Shown in pieces: positions 1 to 12,138 of a stretch of DNA of 64,000 bases. How positions within the stretch are numbered: position 1 is the stretch's first letter; every line of letters begins with the position of its first letter. The stretch is from Podarcis gaigeae (taxonomy: Eukaryota). The position numbers and the translations under genes were made by a program. The notes beneath the pieces are model-generated. The model did no database searches and was not told the origin of the DNA. It worked only from the letters and a program-made list of their open reading frames with translations. The stretch lies in the NCBI GenBank assembly GCA_964106915.2, contig OZ066916.1. The stretch is one strand, 5' to 3'.

Positions 1-611
1 TGCATCTGTGCTTGTCTAGCCTGGCGGTGAAAAGGTGAAGCATGTGTGCCACAGGGATATACAATACCCTCATTAGGGTTAAGGACATAACAGACCAATC
101 CTGTGAGTTGTTGTATGAGCAAAGCAGCTTGTAAGATCAGGTGTTATGACAGAATTCTGCAGATTAGCCTTCCCTTTCTCCTAAAAATTTAAAAACTACT
201 GCCATGTAACATGGAGAGACATCCAGGAAAAATCAACCCTTTTCTGCCTCCGCCTCTTTGCACTTTCCCCCCAACGTGTCCCCTCTGTATGTGATGCCTA
301 TATACACCCCACACACCTAAAGCACATTGAAAGGGCATAGCTTCCCCCAAAGAATTCTGGGAAATGTAGTTTAAGGGTGCTTGGAATTGTAGTTATTTGA
401 GGGGTGAACTACAGTTCTCGGGATTCCTTGGGGGGAAGTGATGCGCTTTAAATGTATACACGAGAGAGAACTGAAACATTGAACGCTTTCATATATGTTA
501 TTACCTTAACATCAATCTTTTCATAATTATCAGTTGTGAAATTCCATCCTGCTAGTACTTAATGCTAATACTTAGGAGAAGCCACAAGAACCACTTAATA
601 AGCTAGATTCA

Positions 612-790
612 GTTAGGTAGCCGTGTTGGTCTGACATAGTCAAAAAAATATTTTTTAAAAAAATTAAAAATTGTCCAGGAGCACCTTATAGACCAACTAA
701 GTTTGTTCTGAAAGAAGTGTGCATGCACACTAAAGCTTATACCAGAACAAACTTAGTTGGTCTATTAGGTGCTACTGGAAAATTTATTTT
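612..790. mobile_element. Penelope-like element terminal remnant with inverted repeat
   Basis: GTAGCCGTGTTGGTCTG start; 37-bp IR at 674-710 and 743-779 around a hammerhead-like core. Confidence 0.7.
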
Positions 791-914
791 ATTTTATTTT
801 TATTTCCACTTAAAAAGCTGTTCAGTGCAATGTCTTGTTAGGAACTAATTGTCTTTATATTTTATAATGGCCTTTAATGATCATGTACATTGTGAAGTCC
901 CATATGCTTTAAGG

Positions 915-1093
915 CAGGCATGTCCAAAGTCCATTTCGGGGGTCTAATCCGGCCCACCAGTTGGTTTAATCTGGCCCCTGTGGCAGTTTATATCCTGGGG
1001 TAAAATCCTAAATTTTCCACCTACAAAATCGGCCCTCACGCATGTTTACTTCATCAAATCTGGCCCTCTTTGAAAAAAGTTTGGGCACCCCTA
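915..1093. mobile_element. hAT (Charlie-like) MITE
   Basis: CAGGCATGTCCAAA ... TTTGGGCACCCCT; near-TSD (c)TTAAGG on both sides. Confidence 0.7.
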
Positions 1094-2575
1094 CTTAAGG
1101 AAACAATCCCCTTGGGTAGTTCAGTAGGTTCATCATTAAGAGAACTCCAGCAGATGCAAGTTCTCCTACCACAATGCAGGAACAGCTTATCTTTCTACCA
1201 TATTCCCTCCTAAATCATTTCCAAAGGCACAAAAGCTCTACCCCACATTGCAAGGGCCTCCATCCTTCCCATACCTTGGGGGAGGGGCATTTCACACCAG
1301 CCTTCAACAGGGGATTCACATCAGACTCTTCATCATAGACATCCTTTGCCAACCAGAGGATTTGGTGCCACAACTTCCAGTGCTGGTCAGACACCAGGTT
1401 GGTGAAGGCTAATTCTCACCTATTCCTTCCTAGATCTGCCCTCCTATTGCCTTAGTTTTACGTTTGCATCATTTCTCTTTCGCTTCCTTCTCATTCTCCT
1501 TGTTAAAAAAAGCTGACACGGTGACCTAAGGCAGGGTGTGACCCACCCTAGGTAAGGTTGGTGGTGATGCACTTGTAATTCTAAGTGACATGGCCCCTAT
1601 TAAATTTGCTCCTGCAATACAGGATTAGCCTTTTTAATTCTCACTTTGTCTCTTTATCCTTAAAAAAATGTTTTTATTGAAAGATTTTCATGGATGACAA
1701 AGTAGATTTCCTTCACATTCTTGGCTACAACTACTAATTTAATCCTATTTCTCATCATATTTTCTGGTTAGTTATATTGGAAATATTTTTTTTCTTTTGG
1801 TGAGAGTTAATAGAGTGTAAAGAGAGTCCCCAGAGTAATTGATAATCAAGTGGTCATCTTTACAAACGCTAACACTTTTAAAACAACCAGCACAGTAAAA
1901 AATGGAGAAGGTTTCGGGATCCAAGCTTTAAGTCCCTCGCAACTGACCATTACAGAGCAACAGTTCTTCTTGCTACTTATGATGGCAAAACATCCACCCA
2001 CTTCCACAGCCAGCTTTCCCCCCCCCCCCACTCCTATTCCATGAGCATTTGTACATTTCTGAGCAAAACACTTTTGCTTGGCTGTATTCTGTTGCTGCTG
2101 ATGCTGCACTTAAGATTTTAAAAAGCTGTTATACTTCCATCCTGTTTAAAAAGAACACACATATACGCACACTTTATCATAAGTGGAAAACAGACTTACC
2201 TTGTAGAGCAGCAGATGGCTGTCCAAAAAAAGCACGCAGCAGGTTTCTGGTACCATTAAAAATTAATCATTTGCTTTCCCAGAAACGGAGTTTTACAGCG
2301 TCAAGCGTTGAAAATGGAGTATGATGGTTTCCTAGGCAGTGTAACCTAAACAGGTGTAACCTGATCATTTGTTCAGGCATACTATTCAAATGAGGGTGTC
2401 TAGAGGAGTATCAGGGTAAATAGAAACTAAGAACAAATGCTTTAAGCCATATATTGCCGCTGTGCTGTATGTACACACACACATATATACACAGTACATT
2501 CAGATTCCCAAGACTGATGTATAATTTGGAAATTCTTATCAGACAGCATGGTATAGTGGGTTGTGTATTAGGCCT

Positions 2576-2762
2576 GGGGCAGGGCAATAGCTCAGGGGTA
2601 GAGCATCTCTTTGCATGCACAAGGTACAAGGTTCAACCCTGGCATCTTTAGGTAGGGCTTGGAGTGTAAGCTGCCTGAAATCCTGGAGAACCACGGCGAG
2701 TCAGCATGGCCAGTGCTGAGCTAGTGGCCTGACTTGGTAGAAAGGCAGTCTCCAATGTCCCT
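2576..2762 (+). mobile_element. Degenerate tRNA-derived squamate SINE (Squam3-like)
   Basis: TAGCTCAG..GTAGAGCATCT..TTGCATGCA..GGTTCAA head and GGCAG..TCC.ATGTCC tail. Confidence 0.65.
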
Positions 2763-2904
2763 GTGTCAGCAATGAAGCTCACTTGGTGACTTTGGGCTCG
2801 GCAGACATTCCTAGCCATTAAGACACTGTGACACAGGAGAAAACTGCTCTGAGTCCATCGGAGGAATGGTGGGATCCCAATACTACTAAGATACACCCCA
2901 ACCT

Positions 2905-3240
2905 CTGTTGTTGCTGCCATCTGTGTGTCAAGAGAGATAGAATGGAGTGTGCCTCCAAAGTCAAACCGTTAGCAACACCAAAGTGATCTCTCTGGTGTGC
3001 AAGCCTGGGCAGTGTGTGTGGAGGTCCTGGGATGCCAGATAACAATGCGGTCCAAAGGGAAGCAGAGCAAATGTTTGGCACCAGTTTGGCTGCAGGAGTT
3101 GCCCGAAGGAGGCACACAGGGCGCCATCCAATTGTCTTAGGGACTGCACTCTGGTTCTGTGTAGGTTTTACTCCTTAGCTTTATCTTCTCCTGCAGATTC
3201 CCCACAAGGCAGCAGAGGTTTAGGATCTGAATTTTTCTTT
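2905..3240 (-). mobile_element. RTE-derived non-autonomous retroposon, with a related plus-strand piece at 19850-20062
   Basis: The two loci share CTGCCCAGGCTTGCACA; 3' end resembles CCATT...GATGGCAGCAACAAC; family assignment is from recall only. Confidence 0.5.
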
Positions 3241-3386
3241 TCTGTGCTTAAGTTATTGTCATGCCGATCACTGTGGGCTTTCCACACCACCCACCCACCC
3301 AAAAAATGTTTGAAAAGTCTGCTTAATCCCCCTCTCTTTCTAAACCCAAAGCTGTCTAGTGATTGTGATTCACTACCCTAAAATTA

Positions 3387-3750
3387 GGGGGCGCGGGTGG
3401 CACTGTGGGTAAAACCTCAGTGCCTAGGGCTTGCTGATCGCATGGTTGGCGGTTCAAATCCCCGCGGTGGGGTGAGCTCCCGTCGTCCGGTCCCAGCTCC
3501 TGCCCACCTAGCAGTTCGAAAGCACTCTTAAGTGCAAGTAGATAAATAGGTACCGCTTTCTAGCGGGAAGGTAAATGGCGTTTCCGTGTGCTGCGCTGGT
3601 GCCGGCTCGCCAGAGCAGCTTCGTCACGCTGGCCACGTGACCTGAAAGTGTCTCCGGACAGCGCTGGCCCCCAGCCTCTTAAGTGAGATGGGCGCACAAC
3701 CCTAGAGTCAGACACGACTGGCCCGTACAGGCAGGGGTACCTTTACCTTT
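3387..3750 (+). mobile_element. Full-length Sauria SINE
   Basis: tRNA-like head with A/B boxes, (ACCTTT)n tail, 13-bp TSD TACCCTAAAATTA at 3374-3386 and 3750-3762. Confidence 0.92.
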
Positions 3751-4004
3751 ACCCTAAAATTACAACAATCACCTTGCTTCAATTTTGTTTCTTGAAATTT
3801 GCATCTACGGAAAGCGATTTATAAATGGCAGCAACGCAGCCGGCTTCAACTGAAGCTTTCTTTTAATGGGAGCTTATTTTCTTCTGAAGTTGACATGTGA
3901 TTCCAACGATTCCAACGCAGACACCCTCTAGTTCTAATACAATACCTTTCAAAATTGGTGGACCTTGCTTGTGGGAGGGAAACCCATAGATTATGTGCTG
4001 TATG

Positions 4005-4270
4005 CAGGACTGTAGCTAGGGGGTGGTGAGGCGGGCCCCTGCCAGGGGCGCAGGCAAGGGGACGCGCAAAATTGGCTAAAAATATGTCCATAAATACATC
4101 TATAAATAAAAATATTGCATCATAAGAAAAGGTTTTAAATAGAGGGTGAAGTGAATGGGTAGAGGGGGGTGCTGGAGGAGAGTTGGAAAGAACAGTTGAT
4201 TCGTCCGTTGCTAGGGGACACAATCTGGACGGTTCAGACAAGGGCGCAAGATCACCTAGCTACGGCTCTG
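4005..4270. mobile_element. hAT (Tip100-like) MITE inserted into a CR1 fragment
   Basis: TIRs CAGGACTGTAGCTAGG and CCTAGCTACGGCTCTG; 8-bp TSD GCTGTATG at 3997-4004 and 4271-4278. Confidence 0.88.
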
Positions 4271-5484
4271 GCTGTATGAAGAAGTGTTTTATCTGTCAGT
4301 CCTGAATCTTCCAATATCTGGTTTAACTGGATGTTCCCAAGTTCTAATATAATGAGCTCTATCCAGTTTCTCTGCACTCAGCGAGATCTGACTCTGTCTA
4401 CACATTACTACTTACAGCACAGTTAGGAGGTTTATTTTCACAAATCAGATCAAAACTGGTTTTGGGGAAATTGCACCAAAAAGCAGTATTTCATCAGAAA
4501 TGGCCAGATAGATACAGGATGCTGATTGTGGCTAATGTCATTCCAAACCAGTGGAAGTGCACTGAGTGCAGAATAAACAAGAATGTGTATACAACCCAAT
4601 GGAGTTTCTGATGTCTCAAAGCATCACAAGCGTATCATCTACCAAGGGACAAATTCTGTTATGTAGGAATGGCTGCCTGGATTCTTGCTTCAATTTTTAA
4701 AACCTCTCTAATTTAATTTCCTATGTTTGGTAGAAATCAGACTCTGCTCTAGGAAAGGTTTTTGGCTATGGGATGCAGCCATTACTTTACAGCATTGTTG
4801 AGTATGACTAGACCATATTACAATGAAGGGAACAAAACACTATTTGCCTACCGTGTTCTCTTCATCTGAGATGATTCATTCTGTATTTTAAGGTGAACAA
4901 TTCCTTTAATCTTTGCTGACAAAGGGCAAGGTCAAGCAATCTAATCCACCTGCTTCTTACAACAGATGATAAGATGAAACAGCAGGGCTTTACTTCTGAT
5001 ACGATCTTTCATTTTAAAAATGTAAGTATTCACTACAATTGCTTTTTAACATTACCTTTTTGAACTCTCACACATATGCAAAGCTTAGTTCTTTTATATA
5101 TCAGAATTCTTGTTAATGGAAAGATACAATAGGATAGTAGCCAGTCTTTTGATAAAGACTAGATACAATGGTTTTTTAATGGTGCTGGGAACTGTAGCTC
5201 TGTGAGGAATAAACTACAGTTCTCAGGATTCTTTGGGGTAAGCAATGTGCTTTGAATGAGTGAAGGCATAGTTGCATCTAGCAAAAGGCTCTTGATTGTT
5301 TTTTACATTTATAGTTTATTTTAAAGACTTTTTTTTTACATTTATACTCATTTTTAAGTTAAGAGCGAAAATGGTCATTTGCTGGTGTGGTTTGAATCCA
5401 AGTCACATCTGCAAATGAACTTCAAAGGGGTCTGCCAATCAGCTGATTGACTGTTACAGTGCGCCCCTGCCCACCTTTAAAAGT

Positions 5485-5988
5485 TCTTTTTTTATGAATA
5501 TTTTATTAAGATTTTTGAATAAAAATGCAAAGATAAAGAAACAGAATAACATATATCATAACATACTTTCTTAACATCTTTGGACTCCCTCACACCTCCC
5601 GCTCCCATTTGCATCGTTGTCAATTCTTGCCCGCAATTTATCATCTTGTTTACACTCTTGTGTCAGGTTCATTTAAATATAATCTGTTAGTTCTCCAATA
5701 GGTTTATAATTTTTCCTCAAACTTACTTATCATCTTAATTCCATCTAGTTTAGTGGTGCACAATTATTTATGATCTAGCATCCTTTCTTAACATTCAACC
5801 AAATTACAATGTTTTTTTAAATAAGTCTTGAATTTCTTCCAATCTTCTTCGACCCTCTCCTCTCACAGGTCTCGGATTCTGCCAGTCATCTCAGCTAGTT
5901 CCATATAGTCCATCAGTTGCATCTGCCACTCTTCCAGCGTGGGTAGATCTTGAGTTTTCCAATTCTTAGCGATGAGTATCCTTGCTGT
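5485..5988 (-). mobile_element. Older L1 3' fragment related to the 36.8-kb copy
   Basis: Minus strand reads TARILIAKNWKTQDLPTLEEWQMQLMDYMELAEMTGRIRDL*EERVEEDWKKFK, with an in-frame stop. Confidence 0.85.
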
Positions 5989-7439
5989 ATCCTATGGGAA
6001 GGGAAAGGGATCATGTCTTTCGGATGGATCCAGCCACACCAGAGGTAGACAGAGCTAGATAGATCACTGGTCTGCCCTGAAATAAGGCAGCTTCCTACAT
6101 TCCTTTGTTTTAAATAAAAAGTATCTACAATAACAGAAAGAGTGGGAGGGGAAGCAGATGTTAAATATGTCTGTTTTATAACACTGTAAATATGAATATA
6201 AACCTCAAATTATAATACAAAGTGATTTTTTAAATAAAATTGGGTGTGACCCAGTTTAAAATTCAGTATTTCTAAGCCCCACTGATTTCAACATAAAAGA
6301 GAAAACCAAATGCCTAGCTCTTTCATTTAAATCCGTCAGCCGCAATTGTCCTTAATTTTTATTGTCTGTAATTGGAGGAAAGTTTTGAACCGTGTTTTGA
6401 TTTTACTCCAGATAATCACAACGGCAACACACACAAGGGTCTTGTGAAAGCAAGCTTCTAATCTCAATTGCACATTATATGATGCCACACAGCAGTACAC
6501 AATCTTGTCTGTTGACTTTTCATTAGCTCAATATCTGTGATCATCATTGTGAATATGAGAGGGACAACTTGCATGCTCCTCCTGATACTGCTGGAGTACA
6601 AATTTCCTAATCCCTGACCACTGGCCATGGTTGTAGTCCAACAATATCTGGAGGGACACACAAGTTCTCTATGGCTGCTATAGGAGGTCTTCAGCATCTC
6701 TGCATATGCACACTGGGCCCCACATAAAAAACTTCTCTTCCCAGTTTCATCTCTACGGGGGTATAGTCCCCCTGCTGTATTAGTAGGCAACATTTTTAAC
6801 AGGAGCTTTCCTAGTTATATTGAAAATAATGGAATCCAGCTAATATTATTTCTTTGTTTACTTCTCTGCAGATTCATCATAAAAGCTGTTGCCACAATAG
6901 CTACCAGTACAGCAGTTGAAGTGCGAGTTAAATATTGACAGAAAACACAGATGGCCCATTCAGTTCTCTAGTACCAAAGTAGATTCTCCGCATTTCCTAC
7001 TTTCTAATATTTGCAAACTAGTGATGCACGTGAATTGCATTCATAGTGGCTGGCGAATTCTCTTCCTTTAAAGTTCTCTTTCTTTTAATCCAGCAGTTGT
7101 GTAAAAGAGGAAGGAAAAGGGGAAGAAGAAAAAACACCCCGGCAGGTGTCGCTTCTTCTTACACCTGTTAAAGGCGCAGGAGGCCCGCTCTGGCGTTTGA
7201 ACCCAAAGGCATTTTTGGAGTCCGCTTTACAGAGCAATCTCCAGCACGTTTACTCAGAAGTAAGTCCTGCTGCTTTCAACGGGTCGCCTCCTTAATTTCC
7301 TCCCGCCTTTTGCATTGTTAGCCGCATGATAAACTAGATTATTGTCAATGGTTAGCCGCATGATAAACTAGATTATTGTCAAGGGTCCCACTGTAGTGAA
7401 GACCGAAGCTTTCACAACTCCTGCATTTATTTCCACCCT

Positions 7440-7870
7440 CCTCCATTCCCCTTATGAGGAAACAAAGCGGGGCGGTAATGGGGGGGGGGGGGCTTGACCC
7501 TTCCTCTGAAGCGGCCTGGTGCCTTCCAGACGTTTAGACTTCAACTCCCATCAGCCTAAGTCGCGGTCCAAAATGGCCGGCCTTACCGGGGCCTGATGGG
7601 AGTTGTAGTCAAAGACGTTGGGAGGACGTTGCTTAGACTAGAGCCGAGTGCCGGCTTAGGCTTCGGAGGCGCGAGAGCGAGCAAGCAGGAGACGACTTTC
7701 TCCTAGGCCGCCCCGTGCGAGGAGCAGATCCCGAAGGTGCCCCCCCCCCGCTCCCTTCTTTCTTTCAGGTCGCCGCTGCAGTATTGAATGCGGTGCCAGG
7801 TTGAGGGAGGTGTGGGGCTTGTGCTCTAGTTAGCTGGCTTTGAACTTGTGGGTCTGGGGGTCGCGGCACT
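7440..7870 (+). promoter_or_regulatory. CpG-rich promoter and non-coding first exon region of SMIM8
   Basis: High CpG density, GC box GGGGCGG near 7469, YY1-like CAAAATGGCC near 7569; exact UTR exon bounds unresolved (candidate donors at 7737 and 8035). Confidence 0.65.
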
Positions 7871-8324
7871 CCTGGTCCCAAGGAGGCGCAGTTGGGGTGG
7901 GGGAGAAGGGTGAGATCGGTTGAATAAATATTTCTGCAACTTGACGACCTACAGCTAGTTTTCCCCTCTTTTGTTATGCCTGTTCTGCAAAGTGTGTAGC
8001 GAGCCACTTGTTTTCACTGCCTAGAAAACTTGAGGTGAGTTATATATAAGTTTTGAAACTTCTGGTAGTGAAACGCCCACAGCGTGAGGGGTGAGATTAT
8101 ATTTGGTGGAAGATGTAAGGCCTGCTGCTGCTCACATTTACCTGGAAATAAACTGCTCTGGGCTCGGACGGATTTACTGCCAGGTAAAGTATGGATATGA
8201 ACAGGCCATATGCAACATGTTCCTTCCTGCAGTCTGGAGCTGAAGCTGGGACCCAGATGGGCTTGAAATACACATAAATAATATGCTTTCAAAGTGGTGG
8301 GGAAAACTCATTAACTGGCTAAAC

Positions 8325-8460
8325 CAGGCATCCCCAAACTCGGCCCTCCAGATGTTTTGGGACTACAATTCCCATCATCACTGACCACTGGTCCTGTTAG
8401 CTAGGGATGATGGGAGTTGTAGTCCGAAAACACCCGGAGGGCAGAGTTTGGGGATGCCTG
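8325..8460. mobile_element. Palindromic hAT MITE (URR1-like)
   Basis: TIR CAGGCATCCCCAAACT; 8-bp TSD GGCTAAAC at 8317-8324 and 8461-8468; degraded relatives near 7520, 13005, 14310, 17780, 19570, 42940, 48500, 52670 and 56790. Confidence 0.9.
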
Positions 8461-8740
8461 GGCTAAACACTCTGGCTGTAGTTGGGGCAGGGTTTGTAGG
8501 AGTTGAAATGCATGTGCTGCTGCTATGGTTTATTTACACATATACTACCTGGGCCTAAGAGGAAAGGGTTCACAGCATAACACCCTAACAGATCTTGCTT
8601 CTCCCTCAGTCACAGCCTTGGATTCCAGCACGAATCAAGCACAAAGCTGTGTATTGTACATGTTACCTTTATACATGTTTTTAGAACAGAACCCCTAAGC
8701 GAGCACTTACCTAAACCAAACTGTTTTATGCAGCAGTAAG

Positions 8741-8875
8741 ATGTCTTCAGCACCTCAGCCTCCAGACTTACAACATGAAGCACCCAAAGAGAAAGACTAT
8801 CGAACTCCCGGATTCCGAAGTGTCCGAACTACCACCTTGTTCCGTGCTGTGAACCCAGAACTTTTTATTAAACCT
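8741..8875 (+). CDS. SMIM8: Small integral membrane protein 8, first coding exon (MSSAPQPP...FRAVNPELFIKP)
   Basis: ATG at 8741, donor GTAAG at 8876, 45 codons, phase 0; the TTTLFRAVNPELFIKP motif is characteristic of SMIM8. Confidence 0.95.
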
Positions 8876-9702
8876 GTAAGAAACTTGTTAAGAAATAGCC
8901 ATGATACGTGTGTGTGCATTCATTATATTACATATTACATCTAATTATAGATTGGGTTGTTGTTTTTTTATTCACAAGCAGCACTTGCTTTGATGGAAAA
9001 AATGAAGTTGTTAACTAGCTAATCAGAAGTGTGTGGCATATTTGGAGGTGGGGGGAAGCCAGACTATCTCCAGTGTGTTTTTTAATGTTCACAAAATGGG
9101 GAAATTGTTATGGTGTATGTACATTCATGATCTAATAACTAGCTACTGTCTACATTTAAGCATTTTATAAATACCAGTGCATGTTTTTACTTATCGAGTT
9201 GGGTAAACTTCATTAAATCTATGAAGTAAAGTGGAGCTAAGTGCACCAAGATTTTGGTTGCAATAGTTATGTAGATATACTTCAAAAGAGCAATGACTAT
9301 CAGAGGCAAATGGTCTCCTTGACAATTTATTTATTAGAATTATATCCCACTATTTCATGGGTTCAGAGTTGACTATAGCAGTTTTTCCAAATACAAAAAC
9401 TTCATCCCCAAGTGTCATGCAATCAAAGTAATCAAAATGTTTGAGGGATAAAAGAAGTCAAATCAGTCAACATTTTTACTTTTTATATACCGGTATGTTG
9501 AATTGTAACAGTGGTTAAACAGTTTGATTCTGTACGTTTCCATTCCCCATACTGAAAGCTGAACAAAAAGAAGAAGAAGAAGTAACTGAAAAGTTGATAG
9601 CCCCCACCCACCTGTGCACACACAGATGTTTGTATATGAACTGGATTAAGTACAATATTTTGGATTTAAATACTAGTATGTTTTTTTTTCTTATCTTCAC
9701 AG

Positions 9703-9861
9703 AACAAACCAGTTATGGCTTTTGGGCTTGTAACGATTACTCTTTGCGTAGCCTACATTGGATACTTGCATGCACAACAAGAGAATAAAAAAGATCTTTA
9801 TGAAGCTATTGACAGTGAGGGAAAGCGACATATGAAGCGGAAGACTTCTAAATGGGACTAA
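9703..9861 (+). CDS. SMIM8: SMIM8 last coding exon ([24 protein letters not shown]...KTSKWD*)
   Basis: Polypyrimidine tract and CAG acceptor ending 9702; TM helix; TAA 9859-9861; joined product 97 aa. Confidence 0.95.
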   Translation, partial: NKPVMAFGLVTITLCVAYIGYLHAQQENKKDLYEAIDSEGKRHMKRKTSKWD

Positions 9862-10142
9862 AGAAACGCATGACTTGCACATGTTCTGCATGTAAGGCGA
9901 CACAAATAAGTGGTATATTTAGTTTTCTGATTTGTGACTTTTCAGGATTTTGTGTGGAAAGCCAGCATTTTTCTTGGCAATAATGGATGTTTCTTTTGAA
10001 ATATAATGCCTTTTAATAACTAGGAAAAATGATATTGCCTGTACTGAATAAAAAGCCAGCATTATTAAGAAATGTAATATTTGTAACAACTGTTGCAGAT
10101 ATTCTAAGAATAAGCACTGTTGCAGATATTCTAAGAATAAGC

Positions 10143-10144
<2 letters not shown>

Positions 10145-10189
<45 letters not shown>
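10145..10189. repeat. (CT)n(CA)n microsatellite
   Basis: Seen directly. Confidence 0.95.
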
Positions 10190-10730
10190 GCATGTTCTGT
10201 GTGTGTGTGCATAGAATGCTACACCAACTTACAAAATTTTAAGAGCAGAAAGGATAACAGAAAATCAGAAAAAGAACAATACATGATAATAAAAGCCATA
10301 CAATAAATAACCTATAGAATAGAGCCAATTAAACAGCAGCAAAAGCATAATAATCTGTCTTATTATCTGGAAAATAACCTAAGCCTTTATTAAATGCTTG
10401 ACTATCCTGTGTAAACTACTTGGGAGAGCACACAAAACTTTTTAAAGTTATTTGTTTAAAGGATCTAAAATGCTTTTGTGATCAAAGCTTACCCAGCCTA
10501 GCAACAGTTACTGGGTGAGAAGTTAGCCTATATTATGAGACCTCTCACAGCCACATGGTAGGCAGAGCTCCTTAACACCAGGGCTGCAGCTGAAGCGGGT
10601 ATCATCTTGCCATCAAATAATCTCACCAAACAATGGTGAAACCTTTCTCTCTCTCCCACTAGCATGCACTGTTTCTAAGAAGACAATTCAGTTTAGGCTA
10701 TGAGAACTAAGATTTCGCTTCCTCATCTAG

Positions 10731-10925
<195 letters not shown>

Positions 10926-11954
10926 TAGATAGTCACTTTATTTAATTTTAGATACTCACGCCTGTCCACCAAAAAGCCAATATATCTGGTGCTCAGTTGT
11001 TTTCATGCAGACATTGATCGCTCAGATACACTTAAGGTGTATCCACACATATTACAGTAATTACAGTTCCAGTAATTCCCATGTTAAACAGGATAAGAGT
11101 AAAATCTGGAGAAAATGCAGAAAGAAGGCCACAAACACAAGAGGGTAGAGGCCTTAGTTAGGTAAAAATACTTCTGTCAGTTAGGGGAAGGGCTTTTAGC
11201 TTATAAAAAGATGTAAGTGTGTGAGAGACATGATGGAGAGTTTATGAAAGTTTAGGAAGAGTATAATAATTACTTGTCTCTCTGTCAACACAATCAATAT
11301 AGTCGCATGACACTGGTTTGGGACAGACCAAAAGCAGTGCTTTATACAACGTCTAATGTACCTATGGGATTTACTGCTGTAGGACAGAGAGACTCTGGTG
11401 GCCTCTAGAACTAACCTTCAAAAATTATTTGTTGTGAATGCATTTTTTCTTGATAAATATGTTAACGGATGAAAGTTTGACCAGACATTTGATTAGCTTG
11501 TCTTAAGATCCGTGGGCATGTTAGCAAGAGCCAGGACCCGCTGCCCTGTGTGGCGAATCACCAGGGCTACAGGGTTTGGAGCATTCCTAGACTCCCGAAC
11601 TCTCCTGCCCATTCAGCCACTGCTTTCCCCAGCTAACAGCCGAGGCTGATGCTTGATTTGTGACCACCGATTACTGGTTCCTGGATCCTCCCAGCGGTCA
11701 AAAGCCAGTCTCTGACAAAAGCCCAGTACCACTTGATGCAATGTTCATTCATCGCCCTATAGTGCCAACTGCTGGAACTGCACCCTTACCACTGTGCTCC
11801 ATGTTGCAGCTGCTCATGTTGGTATGGTCTTCCCTTCTGCTTTTTGAAAAGGAAGAATGGGCATCTGCACTGTGGGGTGGGAATGCAGAGTGCCTGCTTC
11901 AACTGGGAAATCGTCTTGCTGGTGAGGGAGTGCTGCTGCTGCTGCTGCATTAGC

Positions 11955-12138
11955 ACAGAACGTAGGAAACTGCCTTATGCTGAATTAGACCATTGGTCTG
12001 TCCTAGCTTAGCGTTGTCTATCTATTGTGGCCCTCCAGTATATTAAACGAGTCTCTTCCAGCCCTATCTGGAGCTGTCAGAGATTGCACATGGGGCCTTC
12101 TGCATGCAGAGCAGGTGCACTACCAGTCAGCTACAAAG
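11955..12138 (-). mobile_element. Same tRNA-derived SINE family, minus strand
   Basis: Reverse complement matches the head and tail of the 2576 copy. Confidence 0.65.

Noticed and set aside
1-7300. GJB7, expected by synteny upstream of SMIM8
   Set aside because: No connexin-like coding sequence is recognisable; non-coding exons cannot be called from sequence alone
7737-7768. GT...CAG micro-intron in the SMIM8 5' region
   Set aside because: 32 nt is below the normal vertebrate spliceosomal minimum
11519-11717. Possible second solo LTR (TGT...TGACA)
   Set aside because: No matching TSD found
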